From the human T2T-CHM13v2.0 reference genome, Homo sapiens: 64,000 nt of DNA. The stretch lies in NCBI RefSeq assembly GCF_009914755.1, contig NC_060944.1; one strand, written 5' to 3'. Below, one piece after another: positions 40,901 through 54,235 of the stretch (positions within the stretch are counted from its first letter, which is position 1; every line of letters starts with the position of its first letter). Below the pieces are notes generated by a model. That model saw nothing but the letters and a program-made list of their open reading frames with translations, did not search any database and had not been told where the DNA came from. A program made the position numbers and the translations under genes.

Positions 40901-43305
40901 TTTACAATTTTGAATTACAACGTTTGAAAAACGTTGACAATAACCTGAAAGGGGAAAGTTGACCTAAGCCATTTTATTCTCTTAAAAAACCCCAAACTTT
41001 TGTATAATAGTACTCCCTGAACTGATTATTTTTGAAGGTTTTTCAGATAATCTGATGTGCGAGTTTAGTTTGTTTTACTATTTAGTTGTTTGGAATAGTA
41101 GAGCATTATATGACGCTCTTACTGGAGGGTTAATGGCATTAAGAGATTAAAAGCTTTCACATTGTTTGGTTTTTACATCTATAAATAAAACAAGTTGTTA
41201 TCATTTTCTAATATTTAGCTTATATACATTTTTGTGAAAGTTTTGTGGGACTTGGAAAGTGTATGGACTAGCATCAGAAACAAATTATTTTTCCATTTTT
41301 CTCACTTGGAGTTTCAGATAGCAGCATTTTAATCATCTCTTCCATTAAACCAAGATTACACAAAAGCATTTGAGGACACTGAGGACTGGCACTTCTAATT
41401 TTGCTTCAGAAACCATTACTCAAAATGTCTGGTTTGGAGGTCAGTTACACTGCTGTCTTTGTATAATCAGCCATTAAAAAATATTTTGGGGACATTTCTC
41501 AGAAGTCTCATCCCCATATTTTTGTTCCTAACACATCTCACCACAAACTCTACCACACCTATGGTTTGCAAACTTTGGGAAATGTCAGTATATGCCATTA
41601 TCATGGTTATTAGTACTATTATTTGTTAAAAGCCCTTTGAAGGCAATTTATGTGACTTATATATAGTTAGTATTTTAATTTGGACATTCTCCAGTTATAT
41701 GCAAAGATTAAAACTCAGCGGCTTCATTTTATAGAATTGGCATCTTTTATATGGCTATGGGGACTGCTTGGTGTCTATAAATTATTATGTATATTTGTTG
41801 GACTGAAATCAAACTTAAAATCTTCCATATTTCACGTGTTTTTATTCTGAGCAGTAGGTACAAAAAAATAATGCCATAGTTGTGTCTAATTCTGTATAGT
41901 TCAGCACCCTCCACAGGCTGTCAATCTCTTATTTGATCGACTTTTACCAGGTTTAACAGATCCTCGAATTTACTTTACTGTCTATACTTCCTTCTTGCTC
42001 ACATTGGGAATCAGACTAAACATGCATCTACTTCATTGAGGAACTCCAGATTGAGACATGCTGGGATTGACTCCATGGTTAGGGAAGATGGATAAAATGG
42101 AAACAAAACAGGAAACATGTGCTTGACATCTAATAGCAGTTGCTGAGGGTCATTCTGCTCTTGTAGTTGTGCCTGGATCGTTTGTATAAAGGCCACTGTT
42201 ACCTTTTCTTCAAATTCATTCAGGGGAGGCTAAAGGTTTAAAATTTTGACAATCTGCTGTGTGCTGAGAGAGGTACACAGGGAGCAGATGGCCTCTGCAT
42301 CCTCCTGGGTTTTCTTCTTTAATTGCAGGAGCTGGGCTGCTTGGATCAGAGGTTCCATGGTCTGAACTACTCCACTCTGGTGAAGGTTTCTTCCCCAAAG
42401 CCACTCCTCAAGCTGACTTATATTGTACCTGAGTTGCATGCCTGTGCTCCAAGAGCAGGCGTCCTTCCACAGCAGCAGGTTGTTAAGAGTCACTGCGTTG
42501 ATCATGTAGAAGAGCTGTTTGAATACCTGCAGGATGATCTCAGGGTCCAAACCCTGGTCACACATGACTGTATGAAAGGCATTCATCTGGCGGATGATAG
42601 CTTCCAGATGGTATGAGTTATCCCCATCTGCCATGCTGGAGGAGTGCTTCTGGGAGCCAGTGGGCTTCACACCAGATAGACCCTGAATGCTCTCATTTTC
42701 CAACATGGCAGAAACTATCATCGGCTGTAACACACCCTCGGCAATTTTAAAGAGCTGCTGGTAGATCGCAATGGAAAGGTCACTCAGTACCTGACAGTAT
42801 TCGGTGAGGTCAAAGTTCTTAAGGCAGTGTTCGTTGTGCTTTGCAGTATTCTGAGTCATGAAGCCCTCATCCCCGCTGTACGGCTTCAGACAGTGAAGAA
42901 GGTGGCAGGTGTTGGATAACAAGAATGACGTCATCTCAAAGTCATCACTGTGCTTCTTCAGGACTTTCTTAGTGCCGTTGGTGGTGGAGGTCATCAGGGA
43001 GTGCACCTTGAGATCATCGTTGGTGTGGTCCGCGAGCCAGATGCATATGTAGAGGATGTAGGCGGGGAGACAAGGCACTGTGTCCAACAGCATCTGGGGC
43101 TTCAAGTCTGTCACCAGGTTGAGGATGAGGAGGGCCTCGCCCTCTTTGTGGCACTCCAACATGCCCTGGAAATCCTTTTCTTTCCACTGAACTGTGACCT
43201 GCCTGTTGAACTCATGGCGCTTCCTCTCACTCTGGGCCAACGCCTGGGCAGCTTCTTCATGTAAATCTTCAGTTGCTTTTAGAGCTTCCTCTCATTCTTT
43301 TCCTC
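37975..43305 (-). pseudogene. MYO5BP: MYO5B processed pseudogene, 5'-truncated: tail-domain CDS ~43303-42028 plus an inferred ~3.7-kb 3' UTR
   Basis: 336-codon frame AQSERKRHE...QQIVKILNL matches the MYO5B globular tail, and the next frame gives [12 protein letters not shown]. Minus-strand AATAAA at ~37993, T run at ~37975, TSD-like tttatttttc at 37965-37974 and 43310-43319. Confidence 0.95.
40396..40748 (+). mobile_element. L1PA (about PA5-6) 3' end inserted in the MYO5BP 3' UTR; TSD tgtggaaagaata
   Basis: L1PA 3' UTR ending ttaaagtataataaaaaa; TSD at 40383-40395 and 40750-40762. Confidence 0.93.
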
Positions 43306-43309
43306 TGAT

Positions 43310-43516
43310 TTTATTTTTCACCACAGAACTTCCTATCAACTAGTATGTTGAATATTTTGCTTATTAACTTTGCTTATTGTCTTCTCCCTCGATTAGAATA
43401 TTAGCTACTTCAGTACAAGGATTTGAGCCTGTTACGTTCACTGCTGAATTTCAGGCTCCCGGAAGATATCCAGCATTCAATAGAGACCACACAATAAATA
43501 TCTGTCAAATAAATGA
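43310..43516 (+). mobile_element. L2 3' end (right part of the L2 split by MYO5BP)
   Basis: ttattgtcttctccctcgattagaat...gttcactgctg...caataaatatctgtcaaataaatga. Confidence 0.7.
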
Positions 43517-43629
43517 GTCTGTAAGTTCATCAATTTATTTTCCCATATGCATTAACTTTTGCCCATATACATCCAATAACTCTTGTTATATGAAATCAGC
43601 TGTACTATTTGCTTCATGTAATACTTTAA

Positions 43630-43794
43630 AAATATATGTGTGTGTATATAAATATATACAGAGATCATAGACCTAACTCCGTCTATATATGTGTGTATGT
43701 GATATATATAAATATATACACACGTATATATGACTGACGTATATATATATATATAAATATATACACACACATAGATATGACTGATATATATATC
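43630..43794. repeat. TA/CA-rich compound microsatellite with a recurring atatgactga motif
   Basis: Visible directly; the motif reappears at ~44783. Confidence 0.85.
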
Positions 43795-44727
43795 TATCTT
43801 GTGTAAGTGGAATCAGGAAGTATTCAAACATACTTTCAATTAGTAACGACTATAGTTTAACTAAGAGAAAGTTTAAAGCTTCTGATAGTTTAAATAAGAG
43901 AAAGCAAACATCACTACTACTAGTATTTGGGGAAAAAGATTACAAATAGAGATATGATAAAAACGTACAATATTTTTTATGTCTGTACACTTAGATCCAT
44001 GTTCAAAGTTTGGCTCACCTATACATGTATAGCACATTTGAATATGTGCTACAGTATGCCACTTATAAAGACTGAAAATAATAGTTTATAAACATTATTA
44101 TTTATTTAGCAACCTCATAAGCTTGGCTTCAAAAATACCTGAATTACATAGCATAATCCCAGTGCTGGAGAACAGATCAGTGGCTGCCGAGGGTTAGGGT
44201 TGGTTGGAAGATGTGATTAGTGAGGGATAACATGAAAACATGTACTTTCTTTGTGGTGATAGAGCAGTTCTGCATCCAGATTATGGTGATGGTTACATAA
44301 ATCCACACTTCATGGATCTATACACACACATCACACATACATTCAAACACATCTGTACATGTAAACTCCTTAGAAATATGAATAGGGTCTGAACCTGAGT
44401 TAATGGCACGGCAACAATGTCAATTTCCTGATTTTGGCAACGTACTAGGTTAAATTAGATATAATCATTGGGGAAAGTTGCCTGAAAATAGCATGGTCAT
44501 TCTTTTTACTTCTTTTTTTCACTTCTTATGAGTCAAATTATTTTAAAACAAAAGGTATTAAACAAAGACAAAAATTTGAAAGTTCAAAAATCAAAGCCCA
44601 TATGAATTTGGACATATTATTTGATTTCTTTTGTAGACCTTGATTTCTTCACCTGTAAAAATGGAATAATAGTATGATTCCTATCTCATTATTGTCATGC
44701 TTAAATCATACCACTTATGTAAGTGCC

Positions 44728-44776
<49 letters not shown>

Positions 44777-46816
44777 CTATATATATGACTGACTTTGACT
44801 GACTTAGGTCTATGATTTAAGATGTGGAGATTGGAATTTACTAGAACATTTGTGAATTGATTTGTTCTTATGTTTCACCAACCATCATGGTAAAGGACAC
44901 CTTAGCCCCAGTTCATAGTATGAAAATACATAAATGCTTCTATGTGCCCTAAATTTCTCTTGGTTAAGCTTTATACATTTTTTTGTTTATGACACAGAAA
45001 TATGATCACAAAGCACATGTGTACCACAATACAAGTTTCATGTATTTTGTCTCTGCATTATGTTTTCTTTCCATTTATGTCTTTTCAAGCTAACAATTCC
45101 TAATCTCCTAATACAGTGGGCCTTTCAAGCACTTACTTCTTTAGATAGTCATGTTCTTTTAACTAGAATCCCACAGATAAAGTTATCAAAGCATGGGAAA
45201 GGATGAAGAAGCTTGACTCCTTCCCCTCTCCATCCCCCACTGAATTCAATTCATCCCAACTTTGTATTTGTTTTGTTCTTCTGGAAAAGAAAATATAGTC
45301 ATCACCCTCAATAAATATACAATCTAGTTAGAGAGATATGACTTCAGAGTAGGATTTCTTAGTTTTGATTTTGATTATCTTCCTTTAGATATTTGGAAAG
45401 ACCAAAATGCTGTATGCTTATGGACTGCAAGCAGTATGAGTGGAAAACAAAAGTAATAAATGTTACTTATGACTTTATTATAATGTTAGGATTGTTAATA
45501 GTTAACAATTACTTACTGAAGGAAGATTTAAATTGAATATTTCTAAATGGGAAAATTTTAAAAAGCAGGTGAGTCCATAAAGTTTAGGACCCAGAATCTA
45601 CTGAGCTAAAAACTCAATGAGAGTTAATTCTCTATTGGTGTTGTAGCAATCCTTGAGGTTATTTGTGAAGACTCACATGAGAGCTAAACAATAAAAGAGG
45701 ACTGAGACCATTTCAAGGGATGGAGGACACCTTCCTTTCTTGTTCAGATGATGCTCTGAGACATTGCTGTTTATTTTGACTCCATCTTTTTAAACAAACT
45801 TCCACTTAAGAACTTAAAAACCACCTGTAAACCAATAGCCACAAAATAAGTGAGGAACTCAGTGTTTAAGCATTATTGTTCACCAGACACGGTACTGGGC
45901 ACTTACATAAATGGTATGGTTTAAGCATGACAATAATGAGATAGGAATTGTACTATTATTCCATTTTTACAGGTGAAGAAATCAAGGTCTACAAAATAAA
46001 TCAAATAATATGTTCACATTCATAAGGGCTTTGATTTTAGAAATTTTAGATTTTTTGTCTTTGATTAATACCTATTATTTTTAAATAATTTGACTCACAA
46101 GAAGTTAAAAAATAGTAAAAAGAATGACTGTGTTATTTTCAGCCAACTTTCCCCAATGATTATATCTAACTTAACCTAGTACATTGCCAAAATCAGGAAA
46201 TTGACATTGTTTCCATACCGTTAACTCAGGTTCAGACCCTATTCATATTTCTAAGGATTTTACATGTACTCTTGTGTAGGTGTGTGTGACTGTATGTGTG
46301 ATGTGTGTGTATAGATCTATGAAGTGTGGATTTATGTAACCATCACCATAATCTGGATGCAGAACTGCTCTATCACCACAAAGAAAGTGCATGTTTTCAC
46401 ATTATCCCTCACTAATCACATCTTCCAACCAACCCTAACCTTTGGCAGCCACTGATCTGTTCTCCAGCACTAGGATTATGCTATGTAAATCAGGTATTTT
46501 TGAAGCCAAAGCTCATGAGGTTGCTAAATAAATAATAATGTTTTATAAAATGTTATTTTCAGTCTTTATAAATGGCATACTGTAGCACATATTCAAATGT
46601 GCTATACATGTATAGGTGGCAAAGTCTGAACATGGATCTAAGTGCACAAACGTAAAAAATATTGTACGCTTTTATCACAATATCCCTATTTGTAATATTT
46701 TCCCCCAAAAGCTAGTAGTAGTGATGTTTGCTTTCTCTCATTTAAACTATCAGAATTATAGTCGTTACTAATTGAAAGTATGTCTGAATACTGCCTGATT
46801 CCACTTACGTAAGATA
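43795..46816. repeat. Large inverted repeat: arms 43795-44727 and 45898-46816, spacer ~1.17 kb
   Basis: Arms are reverse complements along their whole length, e.g. gtaagtggaatcagg / cctgattccacttac and cacttatgtaagtgcc / ggcacttacataaatg. Confidence 0.95.
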
Positions 46817-47060
46817 TGTAAAATAGATAAACTCCTAGAAAGAGAGAAGAATACTGGTTGCCAGGGTCTGGAAGCAGGGGAAATGGGGGTTGCTGTTCAA
46901 TGGGTATAAAATTCAGTTATAACAGATGAATAAGTTCTAGAGATCTGCTGTCAACAGAGCACCTATAGTTAACAAGATTGTATTGTACAGTTAAAAATTT
47001 ATTAAGAGGATATGTCTCATGTTAAACATACTTACTTTATTAACAGAAAAAAAAATGGAA
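46785..47060 (+). mobile_element. L1M (MA/MB) 3' UTR fragment
   Basis: aatactgcctgattccacttac...ggttgccagggtctgg...gatgaataagttctagagatctgctg. Confidence 0.75.
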
Positions 47061-47688
47061 TATTTTACACATAAAATTAAATATATGCCTGAATTTCACA
47101 TATCGTTTCACAAATTGAACTGGTGTTAGAAAGGTATTTTTGTATTGAAAAACATCTAACTGAATGAAAAGTTACAAATGAGTGATCATTCATAAATAAA
47201 ATATAATCCTAGGGACCGCTGTTATTCCATTTTGAATACCCTCCACAATTAGTCTTAATAATTATGTTGACTCAGTTCAAAATAATGATTTCTCAAGAGG
47301 CAATAGAAAGTAGAGAATAAGTCCATTCTTGAGAAAATTTATAATTAGTCAAAGTAATTTTTTCATCCTCTTTTCTTATTTAAACCTCAAGTACTCTCTG
47401 CCACTGTGTGCTCTTCTTTCTGGGGTAAAATATGCCAGCTATCCACAGAGTCAGGGCATTCTCTAACCACTCCTCCCTAGAGATGTCTACAGGTTTTTAC
47501 TCAGCTAGACTGTCTTGTTGCCTGTCTTTATATCAACTTCGCAAGACCTGTGGACCATTCTCTTAGGCCCCTGCAGGGCAGTGCATAATATATTCCATGC
47601 TAATTATCTAATGAGGCTCACTAAATTCATCTTTTATTATACCACATAAAATACTCTTAGATCTAACAGTACAAAAATTTCCAATTAC

Positions 47689-48029
<341 letters not shown>

Positions 48030-48789
48030 CTAAGGCTAATTTAAAGAGGTTATCACAAAAATAGAAATGATAGCAACAGAAAATGGTCCCAATTTTCACT
48101 GCACTGTTGCTAAGACCACCTTGCCACTCATCATTATAGAATGCATTTCAGGTAACATAATAAGAGCCATTTTTAAAATGGAACTTTACTATACCCATGT
48201 GTGACAGGCAGAGGGCCTCCATTATTATTCATAGTTTACAGATGAAGCAGTTAGATTTGCCCCAGGTCACTGGCTTATTAAATGACAGGCTAAGACTGAA
48301 CCAAGTTTTATTCTCAAATAAGACCATAAAGAAGAGAATTGGTCCAAATGAATTATAAAATTTTCTTACAGCCCCAGTAACAATAATAGATAAGCTAATG
48401 ATTTCTTTAATAAAAATCTGATATGACAAGTAGAATGTGACAGAATCAACATGATCAATTAAGCAGATTTGGGTAGTAGTTTGGTAGCTAAATGTTGGAT
48501 ACTCTTGGACATAAAGTTGACAATATTTATGACGATAAAGATGACCATTCCACAGTTTCAGAATTTCTACAGAGAGAGAGAGATGAAGAAAATTTCTGAA
48601 GTTATTGAAACTCTATGAAGACGAATTATTTGGTTGATGAACTGCTATCATTCTACATGGACCTCACTTTCTGAAAAAATAACCCATAAGGATGAAATAT
48701 GTATTGAATGAAAATTATATTTTGTTTTTTCATTTTTTACCTAATAAAAAAATCAGAAAAACAGATTTTTTTTAGAAAAAGAAAACATG

Positions 48790-48985
48790 ACTATAATAGA
48801 CAATGGAGACTAGCAGAGGCAGTAGGGAGGGCAGCCAGGGTTGAAAAACTACAGGGTACTAAGCTTCGTATCTGCATGATGAGATCAGTCATACCCCAAA
48901 CCTCAGCATGGCACAATATACCCAGGTAACAAACCTGCCTACATACCCCCTGTATCTAAAATACAATTTGAATTTAAAAAAAAAT
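48790..48985 (+). mobile_element. L1PB/L1MA 3' terminal fragment
   Basis: agggttgaaaaactac...ccaaacctcagcat...taacaaacctgcctacataccccctgtatctaaaata. Confidence 0.75.
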
Positions 48986-49034
48986 CTAAAAAGCAAATAA
49001 AGGATATCACTACTATTTGAGTAGGACATTATTT

Positions 49035-49352
49035 TAATTTGTTTGGGCTGCCATAACATATTTCCATAGACTAGATAGTTTAAATAAAAGAAATATACCT
49101 TCTCACAAGTCTAGAGGCTAGAAGTGTCCAAGATCAAGGTGCTATCAAGGTTGGCATCTTCTCTGGCCTCTCTCCTTGGCTTGTAGATGGCTATCTTTTC
49201 CATGTAACTTCACTTCATCTTCCCTCTGTACCTGTTTGTGTTCAAATTTCCATTTTAGCTTAATTATCTCTTTAAAGACCATGTCTCCAAATACTGTCAC
49301 TGTATTTTAGGTACTGAGAATTAGGAACTCAGCATATGAACTTTGAGTGAAC
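49035..49352 (-). mobile_element. MLT1A/B-like MaLR LTR
   Basis: gggctgccataaca...tctagaggctagaagtgtccaagatcaaggtg...ctttaaagaccatgtctccaaatac. Confidence 0.75.
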
Positions 49353-51757
49353 ATAGGCGGCAAGGGTAAAACACAGCAATTATTTAAAAGACTATTGCAT
49401 TATCCAAAGGAAAAATTTTTCTAACTGGACTAGAATACAGGTTATGAGATTCAGTAATTATAAAAGTTATATAAAGAAAGGAATTGTGCTGCTTATCAAT
49501 GTTTTTTCATGAAATCCTCCAAACAACATTTTAGATTTCCTACGGTTTTCCCCCACGTTAACTATAATCCATGCATTACATCACCCAACTGGATATTCAA
49601 AAGGCAGAATTCAATGTAGGTACGTCTGATTCCAAAGATCACATTCTGTCCTCCATAGCATGCTTCCTGGAGGTTGACTTTTATCCTCTTAGAGTTATTT
49701 AATAGTAAGTGAATAAAGATATGTTAATTAGGAAGCCTTTGATCACAGAGGGATTATATATGTTTTCCTAAAGATATAATGTATATTAAGTTTGCTTTCA
49801 TATAGAATACATATCAGTAGTAACTAGGTTTGAATTGAGGCTTTTTGTACAACAGTTCTTTGTTTAGTCTCAATTGTTTATCGGAGTTTTTATTACATAC
49901 TGTGAGGAATCAGAAGTGACTGTCTTTGCTTTGAGGGAATTTCCCATGATGTTGAGAAGAAAGGTAATATGCACACACAAATGTGGTATTTACTAGGAAC
50001 CAAATGAGTTAGCTCACAAATAGTGCTAGAGGAGTTCAGACGAAGAAAATGGAGAATCACTCCAGGCTTAGAAAAAGTAAAAATGGATGAAGCTTAACTT
50101 CCAAGAATCTACAAATCCAATAAAAAAAATAAGACAAAGCCTAATAATATCAAGTTACAAAAGTAGACTTCTTTTATTCTAGGTAGGCAAGGGTCTTCTT
50201 TTTTGAAGTCCTGTGTGAATCTTAGTCTTACAGTTTTAGGCTTCCAAAGATTGCTATTATATGAAAACACAGAGAGCATCCTGTGTTTTTCCTTCCTAAC
50301 CGTCTTCATATTTTCATTTTGTTTGTTTGTTTAACACCAGCATCAGTTGGTCTTTGGCAACATCAGGAAAGCAGGGATGGCTTATATCTGTTTTTATTCC
50401 ATTTTTACTCCTTCAGCACATACAAAATATTGGGAGAAAGAAGTCAGTAGATTAGGTTCAAAGACATAAAATGTGGCAGGAATAGCAACCAGATTAGACA
50501 TTTGTGTAAAATGAGATGATTGCAGGGCAGTTTTAAAAGTCATGCCCTTTATGAAAATATGGAATGTTGTGTCCATTATTTCATAAACTTTGTGTTTTGT
50601 TAAAGGTCTTAATCAAAAATGCTAAATGATTTCTCATATTGATAAATAAATATCAATAACATCATTTTAATGGGATCTATAAAGAACTTATTGTGTGATT
50701 GTATCATAATTCAACAAGTGCCCTATTGTTGAACACTTAGACTCTTTCTGATTATTTCCCTTTACAAAAAATGCTATATTATACATTGTTGTATGTATTT
50801 TTAAGTTATGAAATTGTTAGGGTACAAGGTGAATAAATGTAAGGTCTTTGATAAATACTGTCAGAATTCTCTCCACAGAGGATACGATAAAGCATCTTTT
50901 CATTTGAAGGAGCAAGAATAACTGCTATATACTTCTGAGACTTCCAGTACTTTTTTGGTTTTAAGTTTTGTTGTTGTTTATTTGGTTTTTTGGAGGTTTT
51001 CTGTTTTGTTTTATAAGTAGGTTTCAGTATTACTTAGTATTCAGTCATGGTGGATATTTGAAGAATAATTTCTCTCTTTGGGATTATTCCTCTAACACTA
51101 CGAGCAAGTATCACTGTGTTCTTTCTCTAAACGAAAATATAAAGCATAGACAAGTTAAATGCTGCTCAGATTCTAAAGCTATGAAAATATAACAATGCAG
51201 AAAACAAATAGAAAGTCTCTAGCTACTCAATGACTTTAGCATTGAGTGGATCCTAAAATGCCTATTTTTGCACAGAATGAAAAAGACACAGCAGGTTCCT
51301 TTGGAAGATCAAAGTGAGAAAATTGACTACAGCTTTAACAGCCTTAAAATAAATTTTTGGCAGAATGGAAAAGTATGCATAATTGAGAAAAGTACACTAA
51401 TCTGTAGAATAAAATAGATATAAAAAGAGGCTAAACAATAATGCTGCTGCCTGTTCTTTTCACAACAATCGTCCACCTGTCCCTGACTGCTGTGTTTAGG
51501 GAATCAAAGTTTAGAGCTGAAAAAAATAGGAGGTTGGAGAGTTTAGGAGGAAGGCAATGTAGGGCTGTGTAAATTGCAGAGAAGTCGGAGCCAGAAGACT
51601 TGAGTGGCATGCAATTGTGGATGGGCTATGAAATCCGGCAGCCTGCCTTTAAATACCAACTGAGACATTTACTAATCCTACGATCCCAGGCAAATACCAT
51701 ATCCCCTCTTTGGCTCAGTTTCTACATTTTTAAATAGAGATAAAAATAGTGCCTTAC

Positions 51758-52231
<474 letters not shown>

Positions 52232-52692
52232 TCATATTATTTATTAAATATTAGCCATTCTTTTATTATATAACTAGATTGGAACTGGTCAGGTCACCTT
52301 ACCTTGTGTCTCAATTTCTTCAACTGTAAAATGAAGTAGTTAGACAATGTGAGCATGTGATATCACAACTAGATGTGAAAGTCTATGGTCCTATCAGAAC
52401 AGCAACAACAACAAACTCACTGGATGCCGTCATGCTACCATTAGAGTAGGTTTGGAAATGATCCGAAGCCAGCAAAGTGAATATGAAAATAAAGAATTCA
52501 AAGCACAGTAGGGGAGTAAAGGAGAGAGGGGAAATAAGAAAAGTCACTTTTACAGGTAGATTTTTTACATCTACATTTATCATCTGTTACTATAATTATA
52601 TCAAATATGTGATTGATTGCATAGGCAATAAAGTTACTATAAAACAGTCATTTGTGCATTGCAAGAAGAGTGGTTTTTTCCAACTTCCTTTT

Positions 52693-53174
52693 GTAAACCA
52701 GTAAGTGAATGAGGCAGATCTCAAGTGATTTAGAGATTTTGCTTTGCAAGGTGGAGGATACACCTGGGAAAAAGAATCACAAGTCACAAGTAGGCGGTGT
52801 CCTGTGCTTTTTCTAAAGAGGTTTTGGGAACTTCAATATTTAAAGGAGAAAGAGGAAGCAGGCAGGAAATTAAAACAGGGGAGGAAAAGAAGGAGAGAGG
52901 GAAGGCAAGGAAGCAAATGGCTACATTCTTGTGAGACTCTGATTAGTACTCAGTGAATCTATATGTTACATGTGGCAAAAACAGGAAGAAGGAGTCAGTT
53001 GTGCATTCATTCTCTCTCTCAGTAAATCTACACTTTACATAAGTTAAAGTAAGCATGTGAAATTACAGCTGTTTGGGAACAAAAGGATGGCAGTTTTTGC
53101 ATGATTCAGGTTCCAAGCTTAATTTTCCTTTGTCATAGTGAGTTTGGGGTCCTGAGATTTTATTTTCCTTTCAT
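52693..53174 (-). mobile_element. MER4-group ERV1 LTR
   Basis: Minus strand begins tgaaaggaaaataaaatctcaggaccccaaactcacta, typical of the MER4 family. Confidence 0.75.
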
Positions 53175-53586
53175 ACTTTCTACCAATGTGAAGCTTCCTC
53201 CTAGATGCCTTCTTTTTTCGAACATTAACAACCCTCGTGGTTTTCTCTCATTTTAAGTACAGAAAACATAATACTGTACAATAATTTTATCTATCTTAAA
53301 TACAAGACTGCTTATGATTCACTTAAAATTTTAAAAATGTCTCCACATTTCTGGCTTTTAGATGGATTATGATTTCAACCACAAATCAGAGCTTTTTAAC
53401 ATTGAGTTTGAGTTTCACAGACCCAGTAAGTGGAAATATAGACGTTTTCTTAGGACAGTGTTATGACACTCAAAAGAATCGTGGCCAAACTTAATTGTCT
53501 GTTGCAGACATCATTGCAGTTTTTTACTGAACTATCAGAGACTTTCTTGTGCCTATCACAGTGTATACACTAAATAAATATTATGG

Positions 53587-53890
53587 GGCCGGGCACGGTG
53601 GCCCATGCCTATAATCCCAATGCTTCGACAGGCCAAAGCAGGAGCATAGCTTGAGGCCAAGAGTTTGAGACCTGCCTGGGCAGCATAGCACAACCCCATC
53701 TCTAATTTTTTTTTTCTTTAATTAGCCAAGCATGGCGGCAGGTGCCTGTAGACCAAGCTACTTGGGAGGCTGAGATGGGAGGATCAATTGAGCCCAGGAG
53801 TAAGGTTACAGTGAACTATGATCACATCCCTGCCCTCCAGCCTGGGTGACAGAGAGAGACCTTGATTCTAAAAATAAAAAATAAATTAAA
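53587..53890 (+). mobile_element. AluJ
   Basis: gcttgaggccaagagtttgagacc...ggaggatcaattgagcccagg (J-type). Confidence 0.9.
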
Positions 53891-53959
53891 AACACATAAA
53901 TACACAAATAAGTATTATGGAATCGACAAATAAATAAATTGAATAAAGGATTGAGTAAA

Positions 53960-54235
53960 ATTACTTAGTAATGAGGCCTTTCTTGTCTATCCTTATATAA
54001 AATAAATCCCCAGGTCCCCACATGCCCCTTACTGTTCTTATTTTTCTCCATACCATTCATAGTCATGTTATACTACATATGTATTTGTTGATGGTCTTTC
54101 TCTTACTGGTAGAATGTAAGCTCCATGATAGAAGAGACCTTGTTGGTGTTTTCCTTTGTATTTTTTTTCACTGCTTAATTCCCAGTGCACACAGTAAGCA
54201 CACAATAAATATTTACTTTATGGATATTTAAACAA
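53960..54235 (+). mobile_element. L2 3' fragment
   Basis: tagaatgtaagctccatga...ttcactgcttaattcccagtgc...caataaatattt. Confidence 0.7.

Noticed and set aside
44030-44052. Short palindrome tagcacat-N6-atgtgcta
   Set aside because: An 8-bp stem is expected by chance in 64 kb of AT-rich DNA.
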